Source: an uncultured Spirochaetales bacterium (GTDB lineage Bacteria > Myxococcota_A > UBA9160 > SMWR01). Taken from it: a stretch of DNA of 64,000 bases. Below the pieces are notes generated by a model. The model was not told the origin of the DNA. It saw nothing but the letters and a program-made list of their open reading frames with translations, and did not search any database. Location: assembly GCA_964494795.1 (NCBI GenBank), contig CAZBSV010000210.1, forward strand, positions 3,619-67,618, in the 5' to 3' direction. A program made the position numbers and the translations under genes. Shown here in pieces: positions 29,303-39,025 of the stretch (the first letter of the stretch is position 1; every line of letters begins with the position of its first letter).

Positions 29303-29873
29303 GGATGGCCTCGAGGCCGGGCGCGCTGTCGGATATCGCGATCCGCATTCGATACAGGTTGGCCTTGATGGCGTCCTCGGATTTGCCGAGTGCGCCCGCG
29401 ATCGAGCGGATCGATTGGCGCCGTAGGTGTTTGAGGTGGAAGATCCGGCGCTGCAGCGGCGTGAGGTCCTCCTCGATGACGATCGCGCAGCGCTCGAGCA
29501 CGCGACGCGCGTCGACCACGCAGTCGATCGGAGCGACGTCCAGCGCGACGCGGCTCGCGGCCACGCCGTCGATGGACTCCAGATACGGGCGCGGCTTGCG
29601 GAAGCGACGGTTGACGGTGTTTCGAGTGATCCCAAAGATCCAGACGAGCAGCGTCGACTCGCCGCGGTAGTTTGCGAGAGCGCGAAAAACGGTCAGGAAG
29701 ACCTCCTGACTGACGTCTTCGGCCTCGGCGGAATCGCGAAGCCGTTTCAGCGCAAAGCGGTAGACGCGAGAAAAATAGGCTTTGTAGAGCAGATTGAAGT
29801 GTTCGATGCTGCCCGCGAGGATCGCCTCGACGAGTTCGGCATCGCTTTCCCACGCTTGCTGGTTGCTGATCAC
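29292..29873 (-). CDS. ECF-type RNA polymerase sigma factor
   Basis: Region 2 AEAEDVSQEVFL...LLVWIFGITRN; region 4 LTPLQRRIF...SIRSIAGALGKSEDAIKANLYR; GGAGG 5 nt before GTG. Confidence 0.9.
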   Translation of the reverse strand: MISNQQAWESDAELVEAILAGSIEHFNLLYKAYFSRVYRFALKRLRDSAEAEDVSQEVFLTVFRALANYRGESTLLVWIFGITRNTVNRRFRKPRPYLESIDGVAASRVALDVAPIDCVVDARRVLERCAIVIEEDLTPLQRRIFHLKHLRRQSIRSIAGALGKSEDAIKANLYRMRIAISDSAPGLEAILGA

Positions 29874-29937
29874 CCATGCCTCCGGTCGCGTCGTTGGGAA
29901 TCTCAAGAGTGGGACCTCGGTCCCGCGAGTCTGCTTG

Positions 29938-29954
29938 AGCAAACGCCGTGCCAG
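29938..29954 (-). promoter_or_regulatory. Sigma54 -24/-12 promoter of the ECF gene
   Basis: CTGGCACGGCGTTTGCT matches TGGCACG-N4-TTGC consensus exactly. Confidence 0.8.
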
Positions 29955-30136
29955 CCTGCAACAAGCCCGCAGCCCGGCCCGCCAACCGACCCATTGCTTT
30001 CGCGATATCGCGTTCGTGAGGCGCGCGATTTGCGCGTTCGAGGAGCGCAGCGTGGAGAAGCGCATTTCCACTTGTGTGGCCTGCCGGTCACCCGAACGGG
30101 GTCCGTTGCGCGTCTGCGCAAATTGCGTCGGCGCAG

Positions 30137-30628
30137 CTAGAGCTTGCTGGGCTGGATCCACCAGCGCCCATCGATGCGTTCCCATCGATCGACGCGGATC
30201 AGCGCGGTCGCGCTGGGATTGAGCGGTCGACTGTCCGCCCCGACGTATCGAACCTGGACCAGCGCGATGAAGCGGTTTTCGAACAGCAGCTCCTCCACGT
30301 CCACCTCGGTGGGGCGGCTGCGTTCGAAATTCGCCGCCTGAAGCGACTCCGCGAGGTCCGCGTAGTAGTCGAAGAACGCGTCGAGCGTCTGGAAGTGGTC
30401 GCGAAGCCCCCGGTCGTTGAAAGTCTCGAGCGTATTAAACCGGCGACGGATCAGCGCCTTGTAGAACGACTCGGCGCGCTGGGAAAACTCGATCGCGTAG
30501 TCGCCCGAAACCGCCACGCTTCCCGAGCTCGGTGCTGGGATGTGGGCCGACGACGACGAGCAGCCGGTCAAGCAGAGTGACGCCATCAGTGCGGGAAATG
30601 CGTGTCCAAATCCGCTCAGGGCGCGCAC
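30137..30628 (-). CDS. Hypothetical probable lipoprotein
   Basis: LCLTGC lipobox-like motif followed by Ser-rich linker; start either GTG 30628 or ATG 30586. Confidence 0.6.
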   Translation of the reverse strand: MRALSGFGHAFPALMASLCLTGCSSSSAHIPAPSSGSVAVSGDYAIEFSQRAESFYKALIRRRFNTLETFNDRGLRDHFQTLDAFFDYYADLAESLQAANFERSRPTEVDVEELLFENRFIALVQVRYVGADSRPLNPSATALIRVDRWERIDGRWWIQPSKL

Positions 30629-31950
30629 TCCAGCTGCGCCTCCAGGTAGTCGACGACGGCTTCGATTGCGATGCGCTCTTGCTTCATCGTATCCCGCTCG
30701 CGAATCGTGACCTGCTGGTCGTTCACGGAGTCGAAATCGTACGTCAAGCAGAAAGGCGTGCCGACCTCGTCCTGACGCCGGTAACGGCGCCCGATATTGC
30801 CCGCATCGTCGTAGAAGACGTTGAAGCGGCGGCGAAGCCGGGTCCCGAGCTCGCCGGCCGCGTCTGCGAGCTTCTTCGACAGCGGCAACACGGCCACCTG
30901 AATCGGAGCGATCGACGGATGCAGGTGCAGCACACTGCGCGATTCGCCGTCCTCCAACTCTTCGACCGCATACGCGTTCGCGAGCAGAGCCAGGCAAAGC
31001 CGGTCGATGCCGACCGACGTCTCGATCACGGTCGGCATGAAGCGCTGCTTTGGGTCCTCGCCCGATACCGACAGGTCCTTGCCCGAGTACTCGCTGTGCC
31101 GGGATAGATCCCAGTCACCGCGGTCGTGAATGCCCTCGATCTCCTGCCATCCGAACGGAAAGCGGTACTCGATGTCGACCGCGTTTTTGCAGTAATGCGC
31201 GAGTTCATCTCGAGCGTGAGGTCGCGTGCGCAGAGAATCCGATGAAAGGCCGAGTTCCCGGTGAAAGCGCAGCCGCTCGTCTCGCCAGTGTTCGAACCAC
31301 TTTTCGCGCTCATCGGGATGGCAGAAGTACTCCATCTCGGCCTGCTCGAATTCTCGCGAGCGAAAGGTGAAATTGCGCGGATTGATCTCGTTGCGGAACG
31401 CCTTGCCGATTTGGGCAATTCCGAACGGAATCTTCTGGCGCGCCGCCTCTCGAACCCGCTTGAGTCCCGTGAAGATCGGCTGACAGGTCTCGGGGCGAAG
31501 ATAGGCGGTCGCGGCCGCGTCTTGGGACGCGCCAATCCGCGTCTCGAACATCAGGTTGAAGTTGCGCGGCTCGGTGAGGTCGTGCTCGGACGAGCCCTCC
31601 CGCGCCGAACAGGGTCCGACGTCGTCGAGTTGATCGGCGCGAAAGCGCTTCTTGCAGGCGCGGCAGTCGACCATCGGATCGCTGAAGTGCTCGGTGTGTC
31701 CAGAGGCTTCCCAGGTTCGCGGATGCGAGATGATCGCGCTGTCCATTCCCTCGACATCCGCTCGCTCGCGCACCATGCGCTGCCACCAGCGCGCCTTCAC
31801 GTTGTTCTTCAGTTCGACGCCAAGCGGTCCGTAGTCCCAGAACCCGTTGATGCCGCCGTAGATCTCGCTCGACGGGAAGATGTATCCCCTTCGCGCGCAG
31901 AGCGACACCAGCTCGTCCAAATGAGTCAGCCGCTGGCCGCTCTCTGTCAT
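30616..31950 (-). CDS. glyQS: Glycyl-tRNA synthetase, homodimeric (alpha2, archaeal/eukaryotic type)
   Basis: SSEIYGG, LRPETCQPIF, GKAFRNEI, FRSREFEQAEME, EIEGIHDR, C-terminal anticodon domain IGRRYRRQDEVGTP. Confidence 0.93.
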   Translation of the reverse strand: MTESGQRLTHLDELVSLCARRGYIFPSSEIYGGINGFWDYGPLGVELKNNVKARWWQRMVRERADVEGMDSAIISHPRTWEASGHTEHFSDPMVDCRACKKRFRADQLDDVGPCSAREGSSEHDLTEPRNFNLMFETRIGASQDAAATAYLRPETCQPIFTGLKRVREAARQKIPFGIAQIGKAFRNEINPRNFTFRSREFEQAEMEYFCHPDEREKWFEHWRDERLRFHRELGLSSDSLRTRPHARDELAHYCKNAVDIEYRFPFGWQEIEGIHDRGDWDLSRHSEYSGKDLSVSGEDPKQRFMPTVIETSVGIDRLCLALLANAYAVEELEDGESRSVLHLHPSIAPIQVAVLPLSKKLADAAGELGTRLRRRFNVFYDDAGNIGRRYRRQDEVGTPFCLTYDFDSVNDQQVTIRERDTMKQERIAIEAVVDYLEAQLECAP

Positions 31951-31989
31951 GAAAACTCCCACGCCCCGAAACGGCGTTCAGTATATCGG

Positions 31990-32769
31990 TTATCGCGGCG
32001 CTGGGGATCGCAGCGCGCGATCCAGAACCGCCCCGCTGCGCAACTCGATGCCCAGATGGAAGCGCTGGAAGCGATCCAGCAGACGACGGGCCTCGTCGAG
32101 CAGCGCGCCACTCATCGCGAGGCGATCGAGTTGCTCGAAATCGAAGCGCAATCCCTGCTCGAGCGCGCGGAGGGTACCAGCCTGTACGCGCAGGATCCCG
32201 TCGAGATTCGCCGCGCACGGTTCGCAGACCACGCCGCCGTCCGCGACGTGGAAAGCGAGTGGAGAGCGGCCCTCTGGGGTCGAACCGCAGCGCACGCAGC
32301 GCGCGAATTCAGGGCGGAGCCCGAGAGCGTCGAGAGCGCGAAGTTCGATCAGCGTGCGCAACCGAAGATCGGGCGCGCGTTCGGACACCATTCGCAGGGC
32401 GTCGAGCGCGAAAGCGAACAGTCTCTGCGTGTCTGCGCGGACTCCGCGCTCTGGAGCCAGCCGATCGAAGAGTTCGAGCAGATAACAACCCAGCGCGAAA
32501 CGCGCGCTGTCGCTCCGCATCGCGATGAACGGATCGATCAGGCTCGCCTGATCGAGGCGCGCAAGCGCACCCGGCCGTCGCAGATCGAGCTGGATCTTGA
32601 CGTGGTTGAACAGATCCAACGTCCCCGAGAAGCGACGCACGCTCCGACGCGCGCCTTTCGCGATCACGGGCAGCCGCCCGATCTCGGGCACCAGCAGATG
32701 CAGGATCCGATCGGACTCGCCAAAATCCACCGAGCGTAGGATCAGCGCTTCAGTTCGGATGTTGGTCAC
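31990..32769 (-). CDS. recO: DNA repair protein RecO
   Basis: LRSVDFGESDRI...IAKGARRS; CVRC...VVCEPC zinc motif. Confidence 0.92.
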   Translation of the reverse strand: MTNIRTEALILRSVDFGESDRILHLLVPEIGRLPVIAKGARRSVRRFSGTLDLFNHVKIQLDLRRPGALARLDQASLIDPFIAMRSDSARFALGCYLLELFDRLAPERGVRADTQRLFAFALDALRMVSERAPDLRLRTLIELRALDALGLRPEFARCVRCGSTPEGRSPLAFHVADGGVVCEPCAANLDGILRVQAGTLRALEQGLRFDFEQLDRLAMSGALLDEARRLLDRFQRFHLGIELRSGAVLDRALRSPAPR

Positions 32770-33346
32770 GCGGGGATCCTACCGACTCCGCGGCGTCGGC
32801 GTCGCTGTCCGGCGCGCCCTGCATTCGGATCTGCTCGTCGGCCAAAGCGCGCACGGCGTCGCGTCGATAGACGATCTTCGGGGCGCTGTCCTCGTCGGCC
32901 GCGGAAGGAGCGCGGGAATACCACGCCCAGAGCGCGAGGCCGAGGCCGACCCCCGCAACCAGCAGGCCCGCGCCCGCGAGATAGCGGCGATCGAGCCAAC
33001 GGGCGCGAGCGCGCGCGTCGTCGGCCGAATCGGCTGGCTCGCCGAGCATCCGCATCACCGCTTCTTCGGGATTCAACCCCAACGCCACTGCGACGGTGCG
33101 AACGAACCCTCGCACGAAGCCGTCGGGGTTGGCGTCGAACGCGCCGGACTCCATTCGCTCGAGCGAACGCGCCGGGATCTTGGTGAGATCGGCGAGTTCA
33201 GCGAGCGAGATTCCGCGCAGCCGGCGTTCGCGCGCGAGGTAGCTGCCGATCGAAGTTTCGGGAAGCCGTGCCGCGCCCTCGAGCGGAGGGCGATTTCCGC
33301 CGCTCAGCGCAGGAGCTTCAGGTACTCCTCGGATTTCGCGCCCCAT
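32750..33346 (-). CDS. RodZ-like HTH membrane protein
   Basis: IGSYLARERRLRGISL...TKI...LERMESG...FVRGFVR plus one TM segment; start uncertain. Confidence 0.75.
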   Translation of the reverse strand: MGREIRGVPEAPALSGGNRPPLEGAARLPETSIGSYLARERRLRGISLAELADLTKIPARSLERMESGAFDANPDGFVRGFVRTVAVALGLNPEEAVMRMLGEPADSADDARARARWLDRRYLAGAGLLVAGVGLGLALWAWYSRAPSAADEDSAPKIVYRRDAVRALADEQIRMQGAPDSDADAAESVGSPRDQHPN

Positions 33347-34140
33347 GGACCACCCGGAGTCTGAGCGACGGCCGCCCTGAGGTAGCCGATCGCACGCTCG
33401 CGCTCGCCGAGCGCTACGTAGATCTCGCCGATTCGGTAGTTGGCCTCGGCTTGAATTTCAAGGTCAGGCTGCTGGCTCAACACTTGTCGAAAATGGGCGA
33501 CGGCCTCTACCCGTCGACCTTCCTCCATCTCAAGGATGCCGAGATTGAGCAGTGCCGGCCAGTAGTCGGGGCGGTATTCGAGCCCGAGCCCGAGCGAGAG
33601 ACGCGCCTCCTCCACGCGGCCCAGCTGGAACTCCGCGAAACCTTTGTGCGAAAGCGCCCGCCAGGGGCCCGAGAACGTGGCGTCGGCGGCGAGGATCTCG
33701 CATTCGGCAATGGCTTCCTCGTAGCGCTGTAACCGGTTGTACAGAGCCGCGAGATTGAAACGCGCTTCTTGGAAGGTCCGATCGAGTTCCAGGGTGCGCA
33801 GGTAGTGGTGCTCGGCCTCTGCGGGTTTGCCCCGCATCGAGTAGCCGTCGCCGAGCGCCTGCTGGATCCGCGGGTCCTTGGGAGCGAAACCCTCGGCGGC
33901 CAGGAGTTCGCGCAGTCCGAGCGCGAGGCGATCATTGCGGATGTAGTCCAGACCGAGATTGAGATGCGAGTTGGCGCGCCTGACGCGCAGCGCCTCATCC
34001 GAATCGCTCCCAGAAGTCGCGCAACCGGTCAGCGCGAGCGAGGCAAGAACAAAGGCGAGCGCGGAAAGAACAGAAGCGAGCGAAGCAGGAACGCAGAGCC
34101 AAGCGATGGCAGTCGCGCGCGTCAAAGTTCGCGTCGACAT
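33304..34140 (-). CDS. TPR lipoprotein, Tgl/PilF(PilW) pilotin-like
   Basis: LALTGC lipobox, multiple TPRs, TFSGPWRALSHKG resembles the pilotin Y..P..A..N.G motif. Confidence 0.75.
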   Translation of the reverse strand: MSTRTLTRATAIAWLCVPASLASVLSALAFVLASLALTGCATSGSDSDEALRVRRANSHLNLGLDYIRNDRLALGLRELLAAEGFAPKDPRIQQALGDGYSMRGKPAEAEHHYLRTLELDRTFQEARFNLAALYNRLQRYEEAIAECEILAADATFSGPWRALSHKGFAEFQLGRVEEARLSLGLGLEYRPDYWPALLNLGILEMEEGRRVEAVAHFRQVLSQQPDLEIQAEANYRIGEIYVALGERERAIGYLRAAVAQTPGGPWGAKSEEYLKLLR

Positions 34141-34159
34141 GGAAACCCCTCCAAGGATG

Positions 34160-34732
34160 TCATCCGCGATCGCCCAGCCGAGCGAGCTGCGGTTCAGCTT
34201 TCGCGAACCCAATCTCTGCGCCGCGCGCAGCGAGAGGAGAATCCGCCGTAGATCGAATCAGAGCCGCCGCATCCAGTGCGGCCGACGGACTCGGGCGCCG
34301 AAACTTCGTCAGCAGGGGAGCGGATACCAGGATCGCCTCGACGGCGCCCGGAGCCGCCGAGTCGACCAGTTCCTCCCAGATCGAAGTCGCTGCCTTGCCC
34401 GTAATCGGCAGCACATCTTCTTCGAACAAGAACCCCATTCCCTCGGCGAGTGACAGCGCCGCCTCTGCCGCCAGCGACGCCTCCGCGCCGCGCGGCGCTT
34501 CGCCGTCCACGGAAAAGAGCGCGACTTCGCGGGTCCGCTCGGAGCGGACGACCAGTGTGTGGCGCGCGACGCCCGTCGCGGAATCCGAATGGATCGCGAT
34601 CACCGCGGAGGCGGGGCCCACCGGAAGCGCGGCGATCGCCAGCACGGGCATGTTCAGTGATCGCCGGATCGAGCGCAGCGTCACCGCCGACCGACTCCGA
34701 GCCGAGACAGTCCTGGCGCTCGCATCCGTCAT
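34160..34732 (-). CDS. Hypothetical protein
   Basis: Fills the gap upstream of the tgl-like gene; plausible composition; start uncertain. Confidence 0.5.
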   Translation of the reverse strand: MTDASARTVSARSRSAVTLRSIRRSLNMPVLAIAALPVGPASAVIAIHSDSATGVARHTLVVRSERTREVALFSVDGEAPRGAEASLAAEAALSLAEGMGFLFEEDVLPITGKAATSIWEELVDSAAPGAVEAILVSAPLLTKFRRPSPSAALDAAALIRSTADSPLAARGAEIGFAKAEPQLARLGDRG

Positions 34733-34975
34733 GCCGCGCGTATCGGATCGAGTGGCGCAGTTCTTGAGTTTCAGCGCGGTGCAGCGCGAGCCGGAAGCGC
34801 GCGGCACCCCTGGGAGTTCTGCGAACGGGCCCGGAGGGGCTGCTTGGCGCGCGGCTGGGATCGGGGGGTTTCACAACGGCCGTCGCGGGATACAATGGCG
34901 CTGTAATTCGCTGGGCCGGTCTCCCAGATCAGCGAGCGGAGCGAGATCGAGCGATTTGAGCGCGGTACTCGCGCG

Positions 34976-36826
34976 GTGTCAGGGAAAGTGCCAGATAAAT
35001 CAGTCCGACAGATCGAGAGCGTGGCGATCCGGTTTACCGGCGATTCCGGTGACGGAATGCAGCTCACCGGCACCAAGTTCACCGAGGCTACAGCGCTCGC
35101 GGGCAACGAACTCTCGACGCTTCCCGACTACCCCGCAGAGATTCGCGCCCCTGCCGGAACACTCGCGGGCGTATCCGGTTTCCAGATCCACTTTTCGTCA
35201 AAGACCGTCCGGACGCCAGCCGACCATCCCGACGTGCTGGTCGCCTTCAATCCGGCAGCCTTGCGCGCGAACGTCGATGACGTGCGACCGGGGGGCATGG
35301 TCATCATCAACAGCGAAAGCTTCACGACCAAAAACCTGAAGCGAGCGGGTTACTCCGAAGACCCCTGCCCGGCTCTGCGAGACCGCTTCTCGCTGGTCGA
35401 AATCCCGCTCACCCGCCTCAATCGCGAGGCGCTCAAGGATCTCGACCTCAGCGCGCGCGATGCCGACCGCTGCAAGAATTTCTTCGCGCTCGGCCTGATG
35501 TATTGGCTCTACAACCGACCGATGGAACCGACCGAGCGCTGGCTCGCAAATCGCTTCAAGGGAAATGCGCTCGAGGCGAACCTTCGCGTGCTGCACGCTG
35601 GTCACGCGTTCGGCGAAACGACGGAACTCCTGCCCGTTTCCTACATCGTTCCCAGGGCGAAGATCCAGCCGGGCGTGTACCGAAACATCACGGGCAATAC
35701 GGCCCTGGCCTGGGGGATCGTCGCCGCGGGCGTGCAGATGCAGACGGATGTCTTCCTCGGCGCCTATCCGATCACACCCGCGAGCGATGTGCTTCACGAA
35801 GTCGCGCGCTACCGACACTTCGGAGTCAAGACCTTCCAGGCCGAGGATGAAATCGCGGCGATCTGCGCTGCAATCGGCGCGTCATTTGCGGGCAAACTCG
35901 GCGTCACGACCACGAGCGGGCCCGGCTTCGTGCTGAAACAAGAGGCCCTCGGGCTCGCGGTCATGGCCGAACTTCCCCTCGTGGTCATCGACATTCAGCG
36001 CGCGGGACCCTCTACGGGAATGCCGACGAAAATCGAGCAGGCCGATCTGCTGCTCGCCCTCTACGGCCGCAATTCCGACAGCCCCATGCCCGTGATCGCC
36101 CCGATGTCGCCGGGCGATTGCTTCCACACGGTCCTGGAGGCATTCGCGTGGGCGGTCAAATACATGACGCCGGTCGTCGTGCTCTCGAACGGCCACCTCG
36201 CGAACAGTTCCGAACCCTGGCGGATCCCGGACGTCGCCACGCTCCCGCGACCCCAAGTCGAATACTGGACGGATCCGAAGACTTTTCGGCCGTATGCGCG
36301 CAACCCCGAAACGCTCGCTCGCCCCTGGGCGATCCCCGGCACACCGAATCTCGAACACCGGATCGGTGGACTCTCCAAGGAAGACCAAAGCGGAAACGTC
36401 TCCTACGACCCCGAAAACAACGAGCGGATGGTTCGACTTCGCTCGGAAAAGATCGCGCGGATCGCAGCCGAGATTCCGCCCGTGGAGATCAACGGGCCCG
36501 CGAGCGGAGAGTTGCTCATCGTGGGTTGGGGGGGAACCCACGGTGCGATTTCGTCCGCCGTCGAAGCGGCGCGGATCGACGGGCAGACCGTCTCGAGCAT
36601 CCACCTGCGTCACCTCAATCCGTTTCCCGCCAACCTCGAATCGGTGCTGCGCCGCTTCAACAAGATCCTCGTGCCCGAGTTGAATCAGGGGCAGCTGGTT
36701 CGACTGCTGCGCGCGGAATTCCTGGTGCCCGCGATTGCGATGAACAAGGTTCGCGGTCAGCCATTCCTCATCGAGGAGCTGCGCGCTCGGATCAACGAGT
36801 TGCTGAGCGAGGAGAAGACACCGTGA
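34976..36826 (+). CDS. korA: 2-oxoacid:ferredoxin oxidoreductase alpha subunit (gamma-alpha fused)
   Basis: GDSGDGMQL, YPITPAS, QAEDEIAA, TTTSGPG, QRAGPSTGMPT; substrate specificity not determinable. Confidence 0.9.
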   Translation: MSGKVPDKSVRQIESVAIRFTGDSGDGMQLTGTKFTEATALAGNELSTLPDYPAEIRAPAGTLAGVSGFQIHFSSKTVRTPADHPDVLVAFNPAALRANVDDVRPGGMVIINSESFTTKNLKRAGYSEDPCPALRDRFSLVEIPLTRLNREALKDLDLSARDADRCKNFFALGLMYWLYNRPMEPTERWLANRFKGNALEANLRVLHAGHAFGETTELLPVSYIVPRAKIQPGVYRNITGNTALAWGIVAAGVQMQTDVFLGAYPITPASDVLHEVARYRHFGVKTFQAEDEIAAICAAIGASFAGKLGVTTTSGPGFVLKQEALGLAVMAELPLVVIDIQRAGPSTGMPTKIEQADLLLALYGRNSDSPMPVIAPMSPGDCFHTVLEAFAWAVKYMTPVVVLSNGHLANSSEPWRIPDVATLPRPQVEYWTDPKTFRPYARNPETLARPWAIPGTPNLEHRIGGLSKEDQSGNVSYDPENNERMVRLRSEKIARIAAEIPPVEINGPASGELLIVGWGGTHGAISSAVEAARIDGQTVSSIHLRHLNPFPANLESVLRRFNKILVPELNQGQLVRLLRAEFLVPAIAMNKVRGQPFLIEELRARINELLSEEKTP

Positions 36827-37854
36827 CCGCTGAATTCAGCAAACTTACGAGCAAGGATTTCACCACCGATCAGGACATTCGATGGTGTCCGGGTTGCGGC
36901 GATTACTCGGTGCTCGCCAACGTGCAGCGCGTGATGCCCGAACTGGGAGTTCCGCGGGAAAACTTCGTGTTCGTCTCGGGCATCGGCTGTTCGAGTCGAT
37001 TCCCCTACTACATGAACACCTACGGATTCCACACCATTCACGGCCGGGCGCCCGCTTTCGCGACGGGCATCAAGGCCAGTCGACCCGAACTCTCGGTCTG
37101 GGTGGTGACGGGCGATGGGGACGGGCTCTCGATCGGAGGCAACCATCTTCTGCACACGATTCGGCGAAACGTCGACATCCAGATCCTGCTGTTCAACAAC
37201 CGCGTCTATGGCCTGACAAAGGGGCAGTACTCGCCGACCTCGAGACTCGGGATGCGGACCCACTCGACGCCCGACGGTTCGATCGATCATCCGATCGATC
37301 CGCTGGCGTTTGCGTTGGGGGCCGGTGCGACATTCGTCGCGCGCGCGGTCGACGTCGATGGCGCACACCTGCAGCGGCTCTTGCGGCGCGCCCACGATCA
37401 CCCCGGAACGGCGCTGATCGAGATCCTGCAAAATTGCCCGGTCTACAACGACAACGAGTGGCTCGAAGTCGAAGACCGCAAGAGCCGGGTGCATGCCGCT
37501 CTCGTGCTCGAGGATGGCCAGCCGCTCGTGTTCGGACCCGAGGATCAACCCCGAGGCATCCGATTCCACGGCGGCATAGCGACGGTGGTCGAGCTGGAGA
37601 AGGGCCAGGATCCGATTGCGGCCGGCGTGACGGTCCACAACGAGCGCTACCAGACACCCGCCTACGCGTTCGCGCTCGCGAGCCTGAAGCGACCGGAGTT
37701 CCCGCTGCCGATCGGTGTATTTCGCGCGGTCGAAACGCCGACCTATGACGCGATGTTGCAAGGCCAGGTGGCGGCAGCCGTGGTCAAACGCGGCGTCGGC
37801 TCGCTCGACGAACTGCTCCACTCCGGCGACATCTGGACCGTCGATCCGAGTTAG
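36823..37854 (+). CDS. korB: 2-oxoacid:ferredoxin oxidoreductase beta subunit
   Basis: WCPGCGD, SGIGCS, HGRA, GDGD TPP motif, NNRVYGLTKGQ; GTG overlaps alpha stop. Confidence 0.92.
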   Translation: MTAEFSKLTSKDFTTDQDIRWCPGCGDYSVLANVQRVMPELGVPRENFVFVSGIGCSSRFPYYMNTYGFHTIHGRAPAFATGIKASRPELSVWVVTGDGDGLSIGGNHLLHTIRRNVDIQILLFNNRVYGLTKGQYSPTSRLGMRTHSTPDGSIDHPIDPLAFALGAGATFVARAVDVDGAHLQRLLRRAHDHPGTALIEILQNCPVYNDNEWLEVEDRKSRVHAALVLEDGQPLVFGPEDQPRGIRFHGGIATVVELEKGQDPIAAGVTVHNERYQTPAYAFALASLKRPEFPLPIGVFRAVETPTYDAMLQGQVAAAVVKRGVGSLDELLHSGDIWTVDPS

Positions 37855-38963
37855 GCGCGCCGACGCCCCGAAGCGCCCAGCACCACGCGTCGGAATTCCT
37901 CGATCACGGGGAGCCGATCCAACCAGGGCGAAGCATCCGCTCGTGAGGGGTCGATCTCGCTGGCTCGGCCCGCGAAACCCTCGGGAATCTGACTCACGAG
38001 CACGGGACGCCGGCCGGAATCGTCGACGAAGTGATATTCGAATCCGGGGACGCACAGCTTCTCATCGGCGATCACATCGATCGCGCGGACGCCATAGCTC
38101 GTCAAGTTGGCGGCCGTCGTCTGCGGCGGGATGATCCAGGCGCTGCGGGGCGCTGCGATGAAGAGGAATTGGATCTTTCGATTCTTCGACAGGATCCGAA
38201 AGCGCTTCAGATCGCCGCCGTAAAGCTTGCTGTTCGAAGCGCTCACCTCGACCACACCGCGTTCGAAATCGGGTTCGAAACCGCGAACGAATCGGAGTGA
38301 CGTCGGATCGTTCTTGCGCGTGAAGCGAGCGATGCTCCGGCCACTGTTGATGAGGTTGCGCGGGTTCGATCGGGCGCGAATGCGCGGCTCGAGGAAGTCC
38401 CGATAGGGCTCGATCCGATCGTCGTGCCCCCGGCGCAGCACGAGCGCGAGCGCGTCGTCGTCGTACGGAATCCGACGCTGCCTCCGGCTCAATTCCTCGA
38501 GTGCGGTCTGGATCTCCAGCGGAAGATCCGTGGTTTCTTCGACGCTCTGCTCGATCTCTTCGCCATCGACGATGGCCGTTCTCATCTCGCCCTTGCCGAT
38601 CCAATTCTCGCCGTCCGACCGAATGAAGTGGGAGGCGGATCGCCAAACCAGGGAAATGTCTTTGTAGAAGATGCGAGGATGGATCTCGATCGCTCGCGTC
38701 CGCGAATTCGGCTGCACGACGTACGCCACGAAGAAACGGATGTCGGGATTCTGGCGAACGTGGCTCAGGTAGTAGGTCGTATCGAAAAGATCAAGCTTGA
38801 ATTTCGGCGCGTAGCCCCGAGCGATCAGGCGCTCGGGGTTCGCGCGCGCTTCACCCACACACCGAATCGGCGCGCCGGAATCGATCGAGCGCTGAAACTC
38901 CCGCGCAATCTGCCGTGGTGCGAGCGGAGATGGGCTTACGCTCGGGTGGATTCCGGCAATCAT
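37851..38963 (-). CDS. Hypothetical protein (370 aa)
   Basis: Globular-looking composition with aromatic residues; co-oriented downstream of FDH alpha. Confidence 0.7.
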   Translation of the reverse strand: MIAGIHPSVSPSPLAPRQIAREFQRSIDSGAPIRCVGEARANPERLIARGYAPKFKLDLFDTTYYLSHVRQNPDIRFFVAYVVQPNSRTRAIEIHPRIFYKDISLVWRSASHFIRSDGENWIGKGEMRTAIVDGEEIEQSVEETTDLPLEIQTALEELSRRQRRIPYDDDALALVLRRGHDDRIEPYRDFLEPRIRARSNPRNLINSGRSIARFTRKNDPTSLRFVRGFEPDFERGVVEVSASNSKLYGGDLKRFRILSKNRKIQFLFIAAPRSAWIIPPQTTAANLTSYGVRAIDVIADEKLCVPGFEYHFVDDSGRRPVLVSQIPEGFAGRASEIDPSRADASPWLDRLPVIEEFRRVVLGASGRRRA

Positions 38964-39025
38964 GTTGGCGTCGCCATCGGGTGCGGCGCGGGAATCACCG
39001 GCTCGAGAGGCAAACTGCGCCCACT

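Noticed and set aside
34868-34896. Sigma70 promoter for korA (TACAAT -10)
   Set aside because: -35 match poor at acceptable spacing; not called
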